Shown piece after piece: positions 8,437-17,677 of a DNA stretch of 64,000 nt (positions are counted from its first letter, which is position 1; every line of letters starts with the position of its first letter). The translations under genes and the position numbers were made by a program. The DNA comes from an uncultured virus (IMG/VR IMGVR_UViG_3300023176_005768) (Duplodnaviria; Heunggongvirae; Uroviricota; Caudoviricetes), in IMG/VR virus record IMGVR_UViG_3300023176_005768. One strand, given 5' to 3'. The notes under the pieces were generated by a model. It searched no databases, had not been told where the DNA came from, and saw nothing but the letters and a program-made list of their open reading frames with translations.

Positions 8437-9468
8437 ATGACTATCACCAACAAGGTTGCCGTTACTGCCGGCTTGGCCGAGCACAAAGAGATCATCGATG
8501 GGCTCGACCCGTCGTTGTGGTCGACGCTGGAGAGCTTCGTGATGCAGAGCATCTTCGGAGATCACCAACTCGCGATGCAAGGTATTGTTGATCCGGCTGG
8601 GCGCGTGAACGCTCGCAAGGCAGCGCTGCCGAGCACTACCAAGGAGTCGGTGATGAAAGAAGTCGACACCCTCGATGGCGAGAAGAGCTTCGATCGTCCC
8701 AACGGCGATAAGTACTTCTCCCGCTCGTGGGGCGATCACAACGACGTCGCGGTTCTGCGCCGTGCTCGTGAGCTCGGGCACTACGCTCTGCTCTACGGTT
8801 CGCCCGGCTGCGGCAAGACTGCGCTCGTCGAGGCCGCGTTCGGCGATGACCTCTACACGCTCCTGGGTTCCGGAGACACCGAGGTCGCTGACCTGGTCGG
8901 CGGCTACGTCCAGACTCCTAGCGGCGCGTTCCTTTGGGAAGATGGGCCGCTGGTCAAGGCCGCCGAGGAGGGCAAGCCGTTCCTCATCGACGAGGTTGGG
9001 CTGATCGACACCAAGGTGATGTCGATCGTCTACGGTCTTATGGATGGGCGCCGCGAGTACACCGTGACTGCCAACCCAGAGCGTGGCACCGTCAAGGCCG
9101 CCGATGGCTTCTACGTTGTCGCAGCGACCAACCCCAACGCGCCCGGCGTGCGTCTCTCCGAGGCGCTTCTCTCCCGGTTCACGCTCCAGGTCGAGATGAC
9201 CACTGACTGGTCTCTCGCTCGCAAGCTCGGTGTGCCGACGCAGGCCGTGACTGCGGCGCAGAACCTCAGCAAGAAGTTCACCGCGAACGAGGTGTCATGG
9301 GCTCCGCAGATGCGCGAGCTCCTGGCGTTCCGAGACATCAACTCGGAGTTCGGCACCAAGTTCGCGATCTCGAACATTCTCGCAGCTGCCCCCGAACTCG
9401 ATCGGCCCGTCGTCGCAGACGTGCTGTCCCGGGTGTACGGCGAGACGTGCATGCCGGCCAAGATCTAA
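8437..9468 (+). CDS. MoxR/CbbQ/CobS-type AAA+ ATPase
   Basis: Walker A GSPGCGKT, DLVGGY, W.DGPL..A, Walker B FLIDE, AATNP, LSEALLSRF. Confidence 0.92.
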   Translation: MTITNKVAVTAGLAEHKEIIDGLDPSLWSTLESFVMQSIFGDHQLAMQGIVDPAGRVNARKAALPSTTKESVMKEVDTLDGEKSFDRPNGDKYFSRSWGDHNDVAVLRRARELGHYALLYGSPGCGKTALVEAAFGDDLYTLLGSGDTEVADLVGGYVQTPSGAFLWEDGPLVKAAEEGKPFLIDEVGLIDTKVMSIVYGLMDGRREYTVTANPERGTVKAADGFYVVAATNPNAPGVRLSEALLSRFTLQVEMTTDWSLARKLGVPTQAVTAAQNLSKKFTANEVSWAPQMRELLAFRDINSEFGTKFAISNILAAAPELDRPVVADVLSRVYGETCMPAKI

Positions 9469-9476
9469 GATCGCCG

Positions 9477-9511
9477 TGGGTCGGGCTAGCGTAGTGGGTA
9501 GCCCGGCCCAC
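9477..9511 (+). terminator. GC-rich hairpin after the AAA gene
   Basis: GTGGGTCGGGCTA...TAGCCCGGCCCAC. Confidence 0.55.
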
Positions 9512-9580
9512 TGGCACTTTCTAAAGACATTATAATAGCCACTACAACGAAGGACAGCACCACAACGAAAGGACATCAAC

Positions 9581-11425
9581 GTGGGCAATCTCAAGAATGC
9601 GGCTCGTCGTGAGCCAGTGTCAGTTACATACCCGGAGTGGCTACGCGTCAGCGGCAGCATCGGAGAGCTCGCTCGTAGCTGGTCGGGCCGCCTCGAGATC
9701 GTGGCGTTCGCCGGCCCGACTGCCGGCCTCGGAAACCCCGCGTGCTTCTCGCCGAACACCAGCGAGCTCGAGATCAACACCGAGACTTGCTTCGGCGCAG
9801 ACGTCAATCCCGAGGACATCGACGATCTGACCAAGATCGGTACTCAAGCCGAGTGGCCTCGCGCGATCGGCGCGATCTTCCACGAGGCAATGCACGCCCG
9901 CTACTCCCTCTGGAGTCTGCCGCGGGCTGCTGAAGATCTTTCTCCTCGCGAGTTCACTGCGCTCCTTCTTCTTGAGGAGGGCCGCATCGAGCGTCATGGC
10001 CTCGACGTCTGGCCGCGCATGTCCGGGTTCCTCCGCCGCATGGCTGTTGACGTTGTCGTCAACAATCCGGAAGAGATTCACGACAGCAGCGACACCGTGT
10101 TCGCGGGCAACGTCGCTCTTCTGACACTCGCCCGTGTCGACGCCGGATCGCTCGAGTGGTCTGACGTTGAGCGCATTCGCGAGCTTCTCGTCGAGCGCTT
10201 CGGCGAAGCCAAGTTGGCAGAGCTCCGCGAGCTCTGGCGCGCAGCGCAGGAGCACTCCCGGCACCACGACGCCACAGACATGTACCCCATCGCGCGCCGC
10301 TGGGTCGAGCTCATCAACGAGATCGCTGTAGAGAATGGCGAGCCTGAGCCTGGAGATTCTGAGCCGGGCGAAGGTTCCGAAGGCGCGCCCGGTGAGTCCG
10401 GCGAGAGCTCGGGCTCGAGCGAGAGCACGAGCGGCACGCCGTCATCTTCATCGTCGTTCGCCGACGAGATGCAGGAAGCGCTCGAGGACGCCGCCGAGGA
10501 GTCGAAGATCGGCTCCTATGATGACATCACCGAAGCCGAGCAGCTCGCCGACTACGAGGAAGAGGCGCAGGCCAGGGCTAGGGACTCGCGTGATCGCCGC
10601 AGCGCAATGGACGCGGCCAGCAAGGTGTTCGGCTCCGGAACGTCAGAGGTGCATGGCACGAAGTCGAACAGCGTGCTTCAAGAGACTCGCCCGGCGTCTT
10701 CCGACGAGCGTCGCGCTGCTGTCAAGGTGGCGCAGCTTCTCGAGAAGGCGAAGTACCGCGATCGCAGCGAGACTGAGATCACGGACGTCGTGCCTCCGGG
10801 ACGACTTCGCAGTCGCGCCGCAGTCCAGGCCGCAGCTCTCAAGAGCAAGGGTGTCATGGCGCAGGTCGAGCCGTGGCGACGCACTGCTCGCAAGCACACT
10901 GACGATCCGACGCTCAACATCGGGATCATGGTCGACATCAGTGGCTCGATGGGTGAGGCCATGGCGCCAATGGCGAGCACCGCGTGGCTGTTGTCAGAGG
11001 CCGCTCGTCGCGTGCAGGCTCGAGCCGCAATGGTCTACTATGGCAACGACGTGTTCGCCACGCTCAAGCCCGGCCAGCACCTCGATCAGGTGCGAGTCTG
11101 GACAGCACGAGACATGACCGAGAAGTTCAATGATGCGTTCAAGGCGCTGAACGGGGCGCTCGATCTGACGCACGGCTCAGGCGCACGGTTGCTCGTGATC
11201 GTTAGCGACGGCGAGTACACTTTCACCGAGACCAATGCGGCCAAGGCGGCGATCGCCGAGTGCGAGCGCACGGGTGTCGGAGTGCTCTGGATCTCGACCG
11301 GCTGGGGCCCTCGCGGCATCACGGCAGGCACGGCGGCTCAGGTCACTCCCCTGAAGACGGACGTAGTCGAGCTTGCCGACTCGATCGGCAGAGCAGCAGC
11401 CGCGGCACTCGCCTCGGCCTGCTAA
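9581..11425 (+). CDS. CobT-like partner: HEXXH metallopeptidase-like domain, acidic linker, VWA domain
   Basis: FHEAMHA...LEEGRIE; MIDAS DISGSM; LVIVSDG; adjacent to the MoxR ATPase. Confidence 0.88.
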   Translation: MGNLKNAARREPVSVTYPEWLRVSGSIGELARSWSGRLEIVAFAGPTAGLGNPACFSPNTSELEINTETCFGADVNPEDIDDLTKIGTQAEWPRAIGAIFHEAMHARYSLWSLPRAAEDLSPREFTALLLLEEGRIERHGLDVWPRMSGFLRRMAVDVVVNNPEEIHDSSDTVFAGNVALLTLARVDAGSLEWSDVERIRELLVERFGEAKLAELRELWRAAQEHSRHHDATDMYPIARRWVELINEIAVENGEPEPGDSEPGEGSEGAPGESGESSGSSESTSGTPSSSSSFADEMQEALEDAAEESKIGSYDDITEAEQLADYEEEAQARARDSRDRRSAMDAASKVFGSGTSEVHGTKSNSVLQETRPASSDERRAAVKVAQLLEKAKYRDRSETEITDVVPPGRLRSRAAVQAAALKSKGVMAQVEPWRRTARKHTDDPTLNIGIMVDISGSMGEAMAPMASTAWLLSEAARRVQARAAMVYYGNDVFATLKPGQHLDQVRVWTARDMTEKFNDAFKALNGALDLTHGSGARLLVIVSDGEYTFTETNAAKAAIAECERTGVGVLWISTGWGPRGITAGTAAQVTPLKTDVVELADSIGRAAAAALASAC

Positions 11426-11635
11426 GGTCACGGAGTGCAGACGGGTAGTCCTTTCCCCGTCGCCTCCGTCGTGTTGGCCCGGGGTGGAGTCGTCCTTTCC
11501 TCCCCCGGGTCGACACAACTTCAGGCCTGCCCCCTAGGCATTAATGCAGACGGGCACCTCTCGAGAGTGTTCCGGCCCGCCATAGGCCCCGACGGTGCAG
11601 ACGGACTCGAATCTAAAGAGGTTATAATAGCCAAC

Positions 11636-11758
11636 ATGGAAGAGACAATCTGCGAGATGTGCGAGGCACTAATCTTCGCGATCGACTACGAGGACAATCG
11701 GGCGATTTGGTCGCATCTCGACGAGTCGAACTGCGACGATCCGGTACCCGCGTTCTGA
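11636..11758 (+). CDS. Leaderless 40-aa Cys/His microprotein
   Basis: ATG 7 nt after TATAAT; CEMC...WSH...C. Confidence 0.65.
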   Translation: MEETICEMCEALIFAIDYEDNRAIWSHLDESNCDDPVPAF

Positions 11759-11777
11759 AGACAGTAAGGTACTGAGC

Positions 11778-11936
11778 ATGGGACTATTCACCGGGTACCT
11801 GCTGTACCGGGCAGGCAAGAAGCGAGCTCAGCGACAGCTCGACGACTGGCTCGAGCTCAACGAGATCTGTGACAACTGTGGCCACGAGAAGATGTACCAC
11901 TCGGCGTTCATGGACAGATGCCCTGAGCCTGAGTGA
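11778..11936 (+). CDS. 52-aa microprotein with CxxC..H..H..C
   Basis: Manual translation MGLFTGYLLYRAGKKRAQ...CDNCGHEKMYH...C; stop abuts the next motif. Confidence 0.55.
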   Translation: MGLFTGYLLYRAGKKRAQRQLDDWLELNEICDNCGHEKMYHSAFMDRCPEPE

Positions 11937-11995
11937 ATTCTAAAGAAGTTATAATGACATCGTCAGCCCAACCCACTACGAAAGGATACACAACG

Positions 11996-12247
11996 ATGTT
12001 CACCCCAGAAGAGATCAAGGACGCTCTCCGAATCATCGCCAAGCGCGATGGACGTGCGACCCGCGAGGACGCGATCGAGTACCTCTATCAGATGGAGCTG
12101 GATTATTCCGACCAGCTCGCCGACCAGCTCGCCGAGATGCGAGCCGAGTTCGGAATGAGCTGGGTCTGCGGCGGCGGTAGCGCCGAGGACGTTAGCGCAG
12201 CGTGGTCAATGCATCGCGACGACTACATCGCCGGCCGGATCGGCTGA
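11996..12247 (+). CDS. Hypothetical protein
   Basis: Promoter motif plus ACGAAAGGA RBS. Confidence 0.7.
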   Translation: MFTPEEIKDALRIIAKRDGRATREDAIEYLYQMELDYSDQLADQLAEMRAEFGMSWVCGGGSAEDVSAAWSMHRDDYIAGRIG

Positions 12248-12301
12248 TTCTAAAGAAGTTATAATAGTCTACGTCAGCCCAACCCACTACGAAAGGACAT
12301 C

Positions 12302-12757
12302 ATGACAATCGCGACTTACAAGTGGCACGACGACAGAGTCCTCGAGATCTCGTCAGACGACTTCGATCTTCGGATCCGCAAGCGCGTCTGGGAGCCCCGC
12401 TACGAGCGCTACTCGAGCTTCGTCAGCGCGCCTCGGATCTACGTGCAGGTCGGAGACTTCAATCTTCTCGAGAACCTGGAGAATCGCCGCCGTCGGCCGT
12501 ACACCGAGTTCCGCAAGTACATCGAGCGGGTGGTGTGGCCGACCCTCGGCTGGCAGGAGACTGCTCCGAAGCTCGGATGGCGCCAGAACGCAGGGTGCAG
12601 CATGTGCCCCTGCTCGCCTGGATTCGTCGTCCAAGTCGAGGGCTGGCGACCAGTCGAGTCGATCGGCGCGCGCTTCGATATGTGGCTCGACATCAAGACG
12701 CCCGACTTCGTCAGCGTCGACGAGCGCAAGCCCGCGATGGTGCCGGTTCTCATCTGA
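12302..12757 (+). CDS. Hypothetical protein, paralog of 20548..21105
   Basis: Shared ENLENR.RRP.T and W.Q..GC.MCPCSPGF motifs. Confidence 0.8.
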   Translation: MTIATYKWHDDRVLEISSDDFDLRIRKRVWEPRYERYSSFVSAPRIYVQVGDFNLLENLENRRRRPYTEFRKYIERVVWPTLGWQETAPKLGWRQNAGCSMCPCSPGFVVQVEGWRPVESIGARFDMWLDIKTPDFVSVDERKPAMVPVLI

Positions 12758-12983
12758 GAGCCGGCGCCTCCGGCGGAGTTCTAAAGAAGTTATAATTGAC
12801 CACATGGAAGGAGACACAGTGACAATGAAAGATGCAGTGAAGGCGATCCTCGAGTCGCTCATGGAGGATGTCAACGTCGTCGAAGATGGCGAGTCGTTGG
12901 AGCCCGCCGTGATGCTCGCGATCGGCGAGCTCTACTCGGCCCTCGATCAGATCCGTCTCGCCGAGAGAGTCTAAGGAGCGGCC

Positions 12984-13163
12984 ATGGACTTCGACCTCGA
13001 GATGCAGTACGAAGATCGCACGCACATCGGAGACGACTACGAGCCCGGCGACGAGTTCGACTGGGATCGGAACGACTCGAGACAGTACTGCGTGCATGGG
13101 ACGTTCATCGGATCCTGGTGGGGTCCGGACATCCTCTGCGCCGCGTGCGAGTTCGGCGACTGA
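12984..13163 (+). CDS. 59-aa acidic zinc-binding microprotein
   Basis: AAGGAG RBS; YCVHGT...LCAAC; stop abuts the motif. Confidence 0.6.
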   Translation: MDFDLEMQYEDRTHIGDDYEPGDEFDWDRNDSRQYCVHGTFIGSWWGPDILCAACEFGD

Positions 13164-13221
13164 TTCTAAAGAAGTTACAATGATACTGTCAGCAACCACG
13201 CTGGCACGACGAAAGGACACC

Positions 13222-13575
13222 ATGGAAACTCTGACCAGAACCGCAGACGCGACCTTCACGAAGATCCTCGAGTTCATCGACGAGATCAACAGTCGCCCAG
13301 AGAACGCATGCGGCTTCGCGCAGCGTGTCTACGAGACTGATGGCGGCCGCAAGTACGTTCGCGTGACCATGCGGTACATCCGAGACGATGGCCAGCACGA
13401 GGGTGGCTCGGTCCACATGTTCATCGGCATGGCCGAGGGCATCTACGGAGACATCTACAAGCCGGCCAGCTACAAGGCGCCGGCGTTGAATGGAGCACGC
13501 TACAACCTCTTCGACGACTGGGATCAGATCCTGGAAGTCTGGGACTGGGCTGGCGGCTGGCTCTACAAGCGGTGA
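13222..13575 (+). CDS. Hypothetical phage protein
   Basis: Motif plus RBS; GRKYVRV...SVHMFI...GDIYKPASYKAPA; followed by a hairpin at 13579-13619. Confidence 0.8.
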   Translation: METLTRTADATFTKILEFIDEINSRPENACGFAQRVYETDGGRKYVRVTMRYIRDDGQHEGGSVHMFIGMAEGIYGDIYKPASYKAPALNGARYNLFDDWDQILEVWDWAGGWLYKR

Positions 13576-13671
13576 TCGCGCCGGGGTGGTCGGCTTGGGC
13601 TGGCCGGCCACCCCTGGCGATTCTAAAGAAGATACAATAGTATCTACAAGCCCACAACGAAAGGACGAAGG

Positions 13672-14010
13672 ATGCGGGTGCGAGTCTACTACAACCTTCA
13701 CAAGCGCACGTTCAGCATTCAACATCACATCGATGGCAGATGGCTGGTCAGAGACTACGCCGACGAGGTGCGTCTACGAGACGTCGTGTTCAAGGTCAGC
13801 GAGGCTGGCAGGCGCCGAGTCCTCGCGGAGGGCCGCAAGAATGTGCACGCGTTCGTCATCGGAACCCTGGTCGACGATCTGCCAGACACTCCCACGAAGG
13901 TGATGTACAACCCGCGGACGCAGAGCACCTTCATCGAGAAGGAGACGCAGCGGCCGGTGCATAGCGCGGAGTACGCCAGGCTCATCAACAAGCAAGTCTT
14001 GGTCGCGTGA
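13672..14010 (+). CDS. Hypothetical phage protein
   Basis: Motif plus RBS; VYYNLHK..FS...VSEAGR.RVL.E.RKNVHAF. Confidence 0.8.
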   Translation: MRVRVYYNLHKRTFSIQHHIDGRWLVRDYADEVRLRDVVFKVSEAGRRRVLAEGRKNVHAFVIGTLVDDLPDTPTKVMYNPRTQSTFIEKETQRPVHSAEYARLINKQVLVA

Positions 14011-14062
14011 GATTCTAAAGAAGATACAATTACCTCATCAGCTTACAACGAAAGGACACAGC

Positions 14063-14290
14063 ATGAACATCGGAGAACTCAAGACTCTCGTCGACGAGGC
14101 GATCGCTCGCGGCATCGACCCAGAGTGCACTGTAGTTCTGGACGCGCAGGCTCTCAGGAACTCGTGGGACTGGCCGATCCTCAAGAAGGTGCACGACCCA
14201 AGCGTGAACTCAGACTACCTGTGGTTCACTCTTGTTCCTGGCGAGGAAGCGGACAATCGCTTCAGCCCTGGGCACGTCAACGACGACTGA
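14063..14290 (+). CDS. Hypothetical protein
   Basis: Motif plus ACGAAAGGAC RBS. Confidence 0.7.
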   Translation: MNIGELKTLVDEAIARGIDPECTVVLDAQALRNSWDWPILKKVHDPSVNSDYLWFTLVPGEEADNRFSPGHVNDD

Positions 14291-14341
14291 TTCTAAAGAA
14301 GATACAATAGATCATACCAACTACAACGAAAGGACAGCAAG

Positions 14342-14863
14342 ATGGGAATGGACGTTTACGGGCACAGCCCGAAGACTGAAGAGGGCGAGTACTTCCGGGC
14401 GAACGTCTGGGGATGGCGTCCGATCTGGGACTACTGCGTGCAGATGCACCCGCACCTGGTCGGCGATGAGCCAGAGTACGGCCACTACAACGACGGCTAC
14501 GGCCTCGATGAGGAGGGCGCTACGCGGCTTGGTGAGGCGATCGAGCAAGATCTTCGAGACGGGCGTGCACACGCCTACATCGAGTCTCGGAACAAGTACC
14601 TCGCGAAGCTTGAGCGCCCTGAGTGCGACTGGTGCGATAAGACGGGAATCCGCACGGACAAGGTCGGCGTGGACATGGGCATGCCCGAGAAAGCTCTCGA
14701 CGCGGTGACGGCTATCATGGTTGGGCGTACGCACGGATGGTGCAACGGCTGCAACGGCGAGGGACGTCAGGATCACCCGGAAACTCTCTACTCTCTCGAG
14801 ATCGGTGACCTCGACGAGTTCGCGGTGTTTCTGATCAACAGTGGAGGCTTCGGCATCCACTGA
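14342..14863 (+). CDS. Hypothetical protein with CxxC...CxxC insert, paralog of 25151..25669
   Basis: Shared YG..P...GE.F..NVW.W..(I/L)W.YC, GWCN.C.GEGR and EFA.FL..SGGF.I. Confidence 0.8.
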   Translation: MGMDVYGHSPKTEEGEYFRANVWGWRPIWDYCVQMHPHLVGDEPEYGHYNDGYGLDEEGATRLGEAIEQDLRDGRAHAYIESRNKYLAKLERPECDWCDKTGIRTDKVGVDMGMPEKALDAVTAIMVGRTHGWCNGCNGEGRQDHPETLYSLEIGDLDEFAVFLINSGGFGIH

Positions 14864-14965
14864 GAGAGTTCAGGCCTGCCTAAGGCTGCGCAGTGCAGAC
14901 GGACAGCTTCTAAAGAAGATACAATAGACAAGGCAACGAAGAACCAAACTCGAAAGGACGAAAAG

Positions 14966-15160
14966 ATGAGGACGTACTTTGCAATGGACGGAAACTACGG
15001 AGACGCAGAGGAGTTTCTCGTAGTCGACACGTCGATGTGGGATGACGACGACTGGGCCGCGATCGAGTTCGCGACGAGCAGCGAGCGACTCGCGATCGCG
15101 CGACAGATCGACGATGGCGAGTACAACCCGAACCAGCTCGAGCTCCCGCTCGAATCCTGA
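14966..15160 (+). CDS. Acidic microprotein
   Basis: Motif plus RBS; followed by a hairpin at 15167-15206. Confidence 0.7.
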   Translation: MRTYFAMDGNYGDAEEFLVVDTSMWDDDDWAAIEFATSSERLAIARQIDDGEYNPNQLELPLES

Positions 15161-15273
15161 GATCTTGCCGGCCCAGGGGGGTTACTCCTTTCCCCCTCTG
15201 GGCCGGCTGCTCATCATTCTAAAGATGTTATAATGATCTCGTCAGCCCGACCAACGACGAAAGGAAGCAGCCC

Positions 15274-15420
15274 ATGGCATACAAGCCCTCCACCCGTCTA
15301 CACGAGGTCTTCAACCCGACCTTCGGATACATCTGCTTCACCGGCAGCCAGAGCGCCTGCCTGAGGTACGTGAGCCGCAAGAACAACCCGAACCTCATCG
15401 TCCAGCCGGCAGCCCGCTGA
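15274..15420 (+). CDS. 48-aa microprotein
   Basis: Motif plus ACGAAAGGA RBS; MAYKPSTRLHEVFNPTFGYIC... Confidence 0.65.
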   Translation: MAYKPSTRLHEVFNPTFGYICFTGSQSACLRYVSRKNNPNLIVQPAAR

Positions 15421-15488
15421 TCGCGGGCGCCGGCCGCGAATTCTAAAGAAGTTATAATAGAATCAAGCCCACTACGAAAGGACAGCAG

Positions 15489-15701
15489 ATGGTTTACATG
15501 TCACTCCCAGGGAGCCGCCAGATCCTCGGCTCGAATAAGTGCCGCATCCTCATCGACGCATGGCGAATGCGTTCGATCCGCAGAGCGTACCGCCGTATGC
15601 GGCTCCAAGGGATGAGCTCGATCGAAGCCCGCTACATGGTCTTCAATCTCCTGGACGCGGGCCGATCAGGCAAGTTCGCCTCAGATTCGCTCCCCGCCTG
15701 A
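15489..15701 (+). CDS. Basic microprotein
   Basis: Motif plus RBS. Confidence 0.65.
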   Translation: MVYMSLPGSRQILGSNKCRILIDAWRMRSIRRAYRRMRLQGMSSIEARYMVFNLLDAGRSGKFASDSLPA

Positions 15702-15755
15702 TCGTGATTCTAAAGAAGTTATAATGATATCAAGCCCACGACGAAAGGACACAGA

Positions 15756-15986
15756 ATGACAGTAGTGACCAACACGCCAGACTTGCTCGAGAAGCTCAGG
15801 ATGATCTCCGCGATCCAGGCTCTCCGCGTCGAGATGCATGGCATGAAGATGACCCGAGGCTTCAGCGCCCTCAAGTTCGTCAAGGAGACGTACGGAATCA
15901 CCGCCGGCACCAAGGCGAAGGCCTTCGAGCAGATGCTCGAGCTCTACGAGGAGACCTACGGAGAGGAGTACGGCGGGGCGCGGTGA
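15756..15986 (+). CDS. Hypothetical protein
   Basis: Motif plus RBS. Confidence 0.7.
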   Translation: MTVVTNTPDLLEKLRMISAIQALRVEMHGMKMTRGFSALKFVKETYGITAGTKAKAFEQMLELYEETYGEEYGGAR

Positions 15987-16026
15987 GCGCCCCCACTCTT
16001 CTTCTAAAGAAGTTATAATAGTCTAC

Positions 16027-16260
16027 GTGGAAAGGAATAACGACGAGATGGACGCGATGGAAAAGATCGAGGTGCTCGACAGATTCGAGACGTTTCAAGA
16101 GGGGCTGATGGACAGACTTCAAGATCGGCTCATGGCGAATGACGTGAGCGAAGTCGCCGACATGGAGAGGCTCCTCGAGCGGCTCGCGGAAGAGATCGAG
16201 AAGCGGCGAAGCGAGATCGAGCAGGAGATCGACATCGCGGTCTCCGACTTCTTCGACTGA
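16027..16260 (+). CDS. Acidic helical protein (start uncertain)
   Basis: GTG 7 nt after TATAAT; stop abuts the next motif. Confidence 0.65.
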   Translation: MERNNDEMDAMEKIEVLDRFETFQEGLMDRLQDRLMANDVSEVADMERLLERLAEEIEKRRSEIEQEIDIAVSDFFD

Positions 16261-16304
16261 GCTTCTAAAGAAGTTATAATAAAACCATGAAAGGACACAC
16301 GGAC

Positions 16305-16604
16305 ATGAAGTCAGTATTCGACACGGTCAAGGTCGCGGACGCGAGCTTTCACCGAAACGGAGTCGCCGGCGAGGGATTCACCGTACGGCTCATCGACGAC
16401 ACGTATGACGGCGAGCCCGTGCGGCTGGTCGCCATCACGTTCGATAGCGACCCGATGCGGACGGCGGTCTTGGACGTCGATCTTCTCGCGGATGGCGTCA
16501 TCGCGTTCGGCGAGAACTCGTGGCGCGGAGATCACTACGCTCTTGCTCTCGGTCTGACGAAGTCAGGCGAGCGCGCGTCGATGGCGTTTGGCTCGAGAGA
16601 GTGA
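16305..16604 (+). CDS. Hypothetical phage protein
   Basis: Motif plus GAAAGGAC RBS; HRNGVAGEGF...NSWRGDHY. Confidence 0.75.
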   Translation: MKSVFDTVKVADASFHRNGVAGEGFTVRLIDDTYDGEPVRLVAITFDSDPMRTAVLDVDLLADGVIAFGENSWRGDHYALALGLTKSGERASMAFGSRE

Positions 16605-16682
16605 CGCCGGCGAGCGCACCGGCCCGCCTATAGGCGAGCTATGCAGACGGACTGTCTTTACTAAAGAAAGTATAATAGACTC

Positions 16683-16952
16683 ATGAACGAGAACAAGTCA
16701 CTGATCGCTTGGGACGCAATCCCCGACCTCGCAGTCGAGCTGGAGAAGCTCCCGACTGGCGCATGGGCGCTTCGCTGGTCCGATGGCGTCGCGAACGAGT
16801 GGGAGGAGGAGTTCGAGTTGCTGAGCGTCGCGTTCATTCGACTCGCGAGTCTTTCCCGATGCTCCGAGTCGGATTGGGACAGAGGTTTCTCGCTCGACGC
16901 AGAATCTCACTCGATCGTCGCTGACGAGATTCTAGAGTCACTCGTCGAGTAA
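16683..16952 (+). CDS. Leaderless hypothetical protein
   Basis: ATG 6 nt after TATAAT. Confidence 0.7.
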   Translation: MNENKSLIAWDAIPDLAVELEKLPTGAWALRWSDGVANEWEEEFELLSVAFIRLASLSRCSESDWDRGFSLDAESHSIVADEILESLVE

Positions 16953-17040
16953 TGTCTCTGCCCACTCTCCCTAGAGTTCTAAAGAAGTTATAATGGATCT
17001 TACCAGCCAGGGTGGCTGGGGAACGACGAAAGGACATGGA

Positions 17041-17286
17041 ATGACCAAGTGGTGTCTCCTCAAGGAGTCCGATGGTGCGCGCGGCGTGGCCGGCAAGCGC
17101 AAGATCTACGAGATCACCATCACCGACGATCACGAGGTGATCTTCGAGTGGGGTCGCGCTGAGAAGAAGGAGCGGCAGGGCACGAAGGTGCAGCGGTTCT
17201 TCTCGGACCAGGCGGCCCGCCGAGCGGCCGCTGAGCAGCTCTTCGCCAAGCAGGCCAAGGGCTACGTCCTGGCCTACACGGTCTGA
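17041..17286 (+). CDS. WGR-domain-like protein
   Basis: K.YEI...V.FEWGR...G.K...F....A...A......K.AKGY pattern. Confidence 0.75.
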   Translation: MTKWCLLKESDGARGVAGKRKIYEITITDDHEVIFEWGRAEKKERQGTKVQRFFSDQAARRAAAEQLFAKQAKGYVLAYTV

Positions 17287-17377
17287 GCCGCCGGCAAGCC
17301 GGCTGGGGCGCAAGCCTCGGCCGGCAAGCCGCCGGTTGGCAGCGGTAACCGAGTTCTAAAGAAGTTATAATGATCTC

Positions 17378-17536
17378 ATGAACAAGAACAAGTCAGCCCC
17401 AAAGATGAAGAACACGTGGAGCGCGGAAGAGCGTGCGGCGTTCGCCGCGGGCGTCCGAGTTCGGGCCAACACCCTGCCGAACAAGCGCCGCCAGGCCGCC
17501 AAGAAGGCCTGCCGCGGCCGAGTTCAGGCCGCCTGA
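17378..17536 (+). CDS. Leaderless 52-aa basic microprotein
   Basis: ATG 6 nt after TATAAT; MNKNKSAPKMKNTWSAEERAAF...KKACRG. Confidence 0.6.
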   Translation: MNKNKSAPKMKNTWSAEERAAFAAGVRVRANTLPNKRRQAAKKACRGRVQAA

Positions 17537-17677
17537 CCGAGCCACCGCGCGAAATAGCCTGAGAGTGGCCTGAGTGCCGCTCTCTTGGCCGTCAACCCGG
17601 CCAATGGCTAGGAATACGGCAAAATGACGCCGGCTGGCAGTGGTATGCGGTTTTCTAAAGAAGTTATAATAGTCCAC

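Larger units (their letters stand above)
3311..16650 (+). repeat. Dispersed bipartite repeat GGCCY[GC]...GCAGACGG (14 copies)
   Basis: GCAGACGG starts at 3332, 3464, 3515, 4780, 4853, 4985, 5227, 5867, 6086, 11437, 11546, 11597, 14895, 16643; each has a GGCC starting 20-24 nt upstream. Confidence 0.85.
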
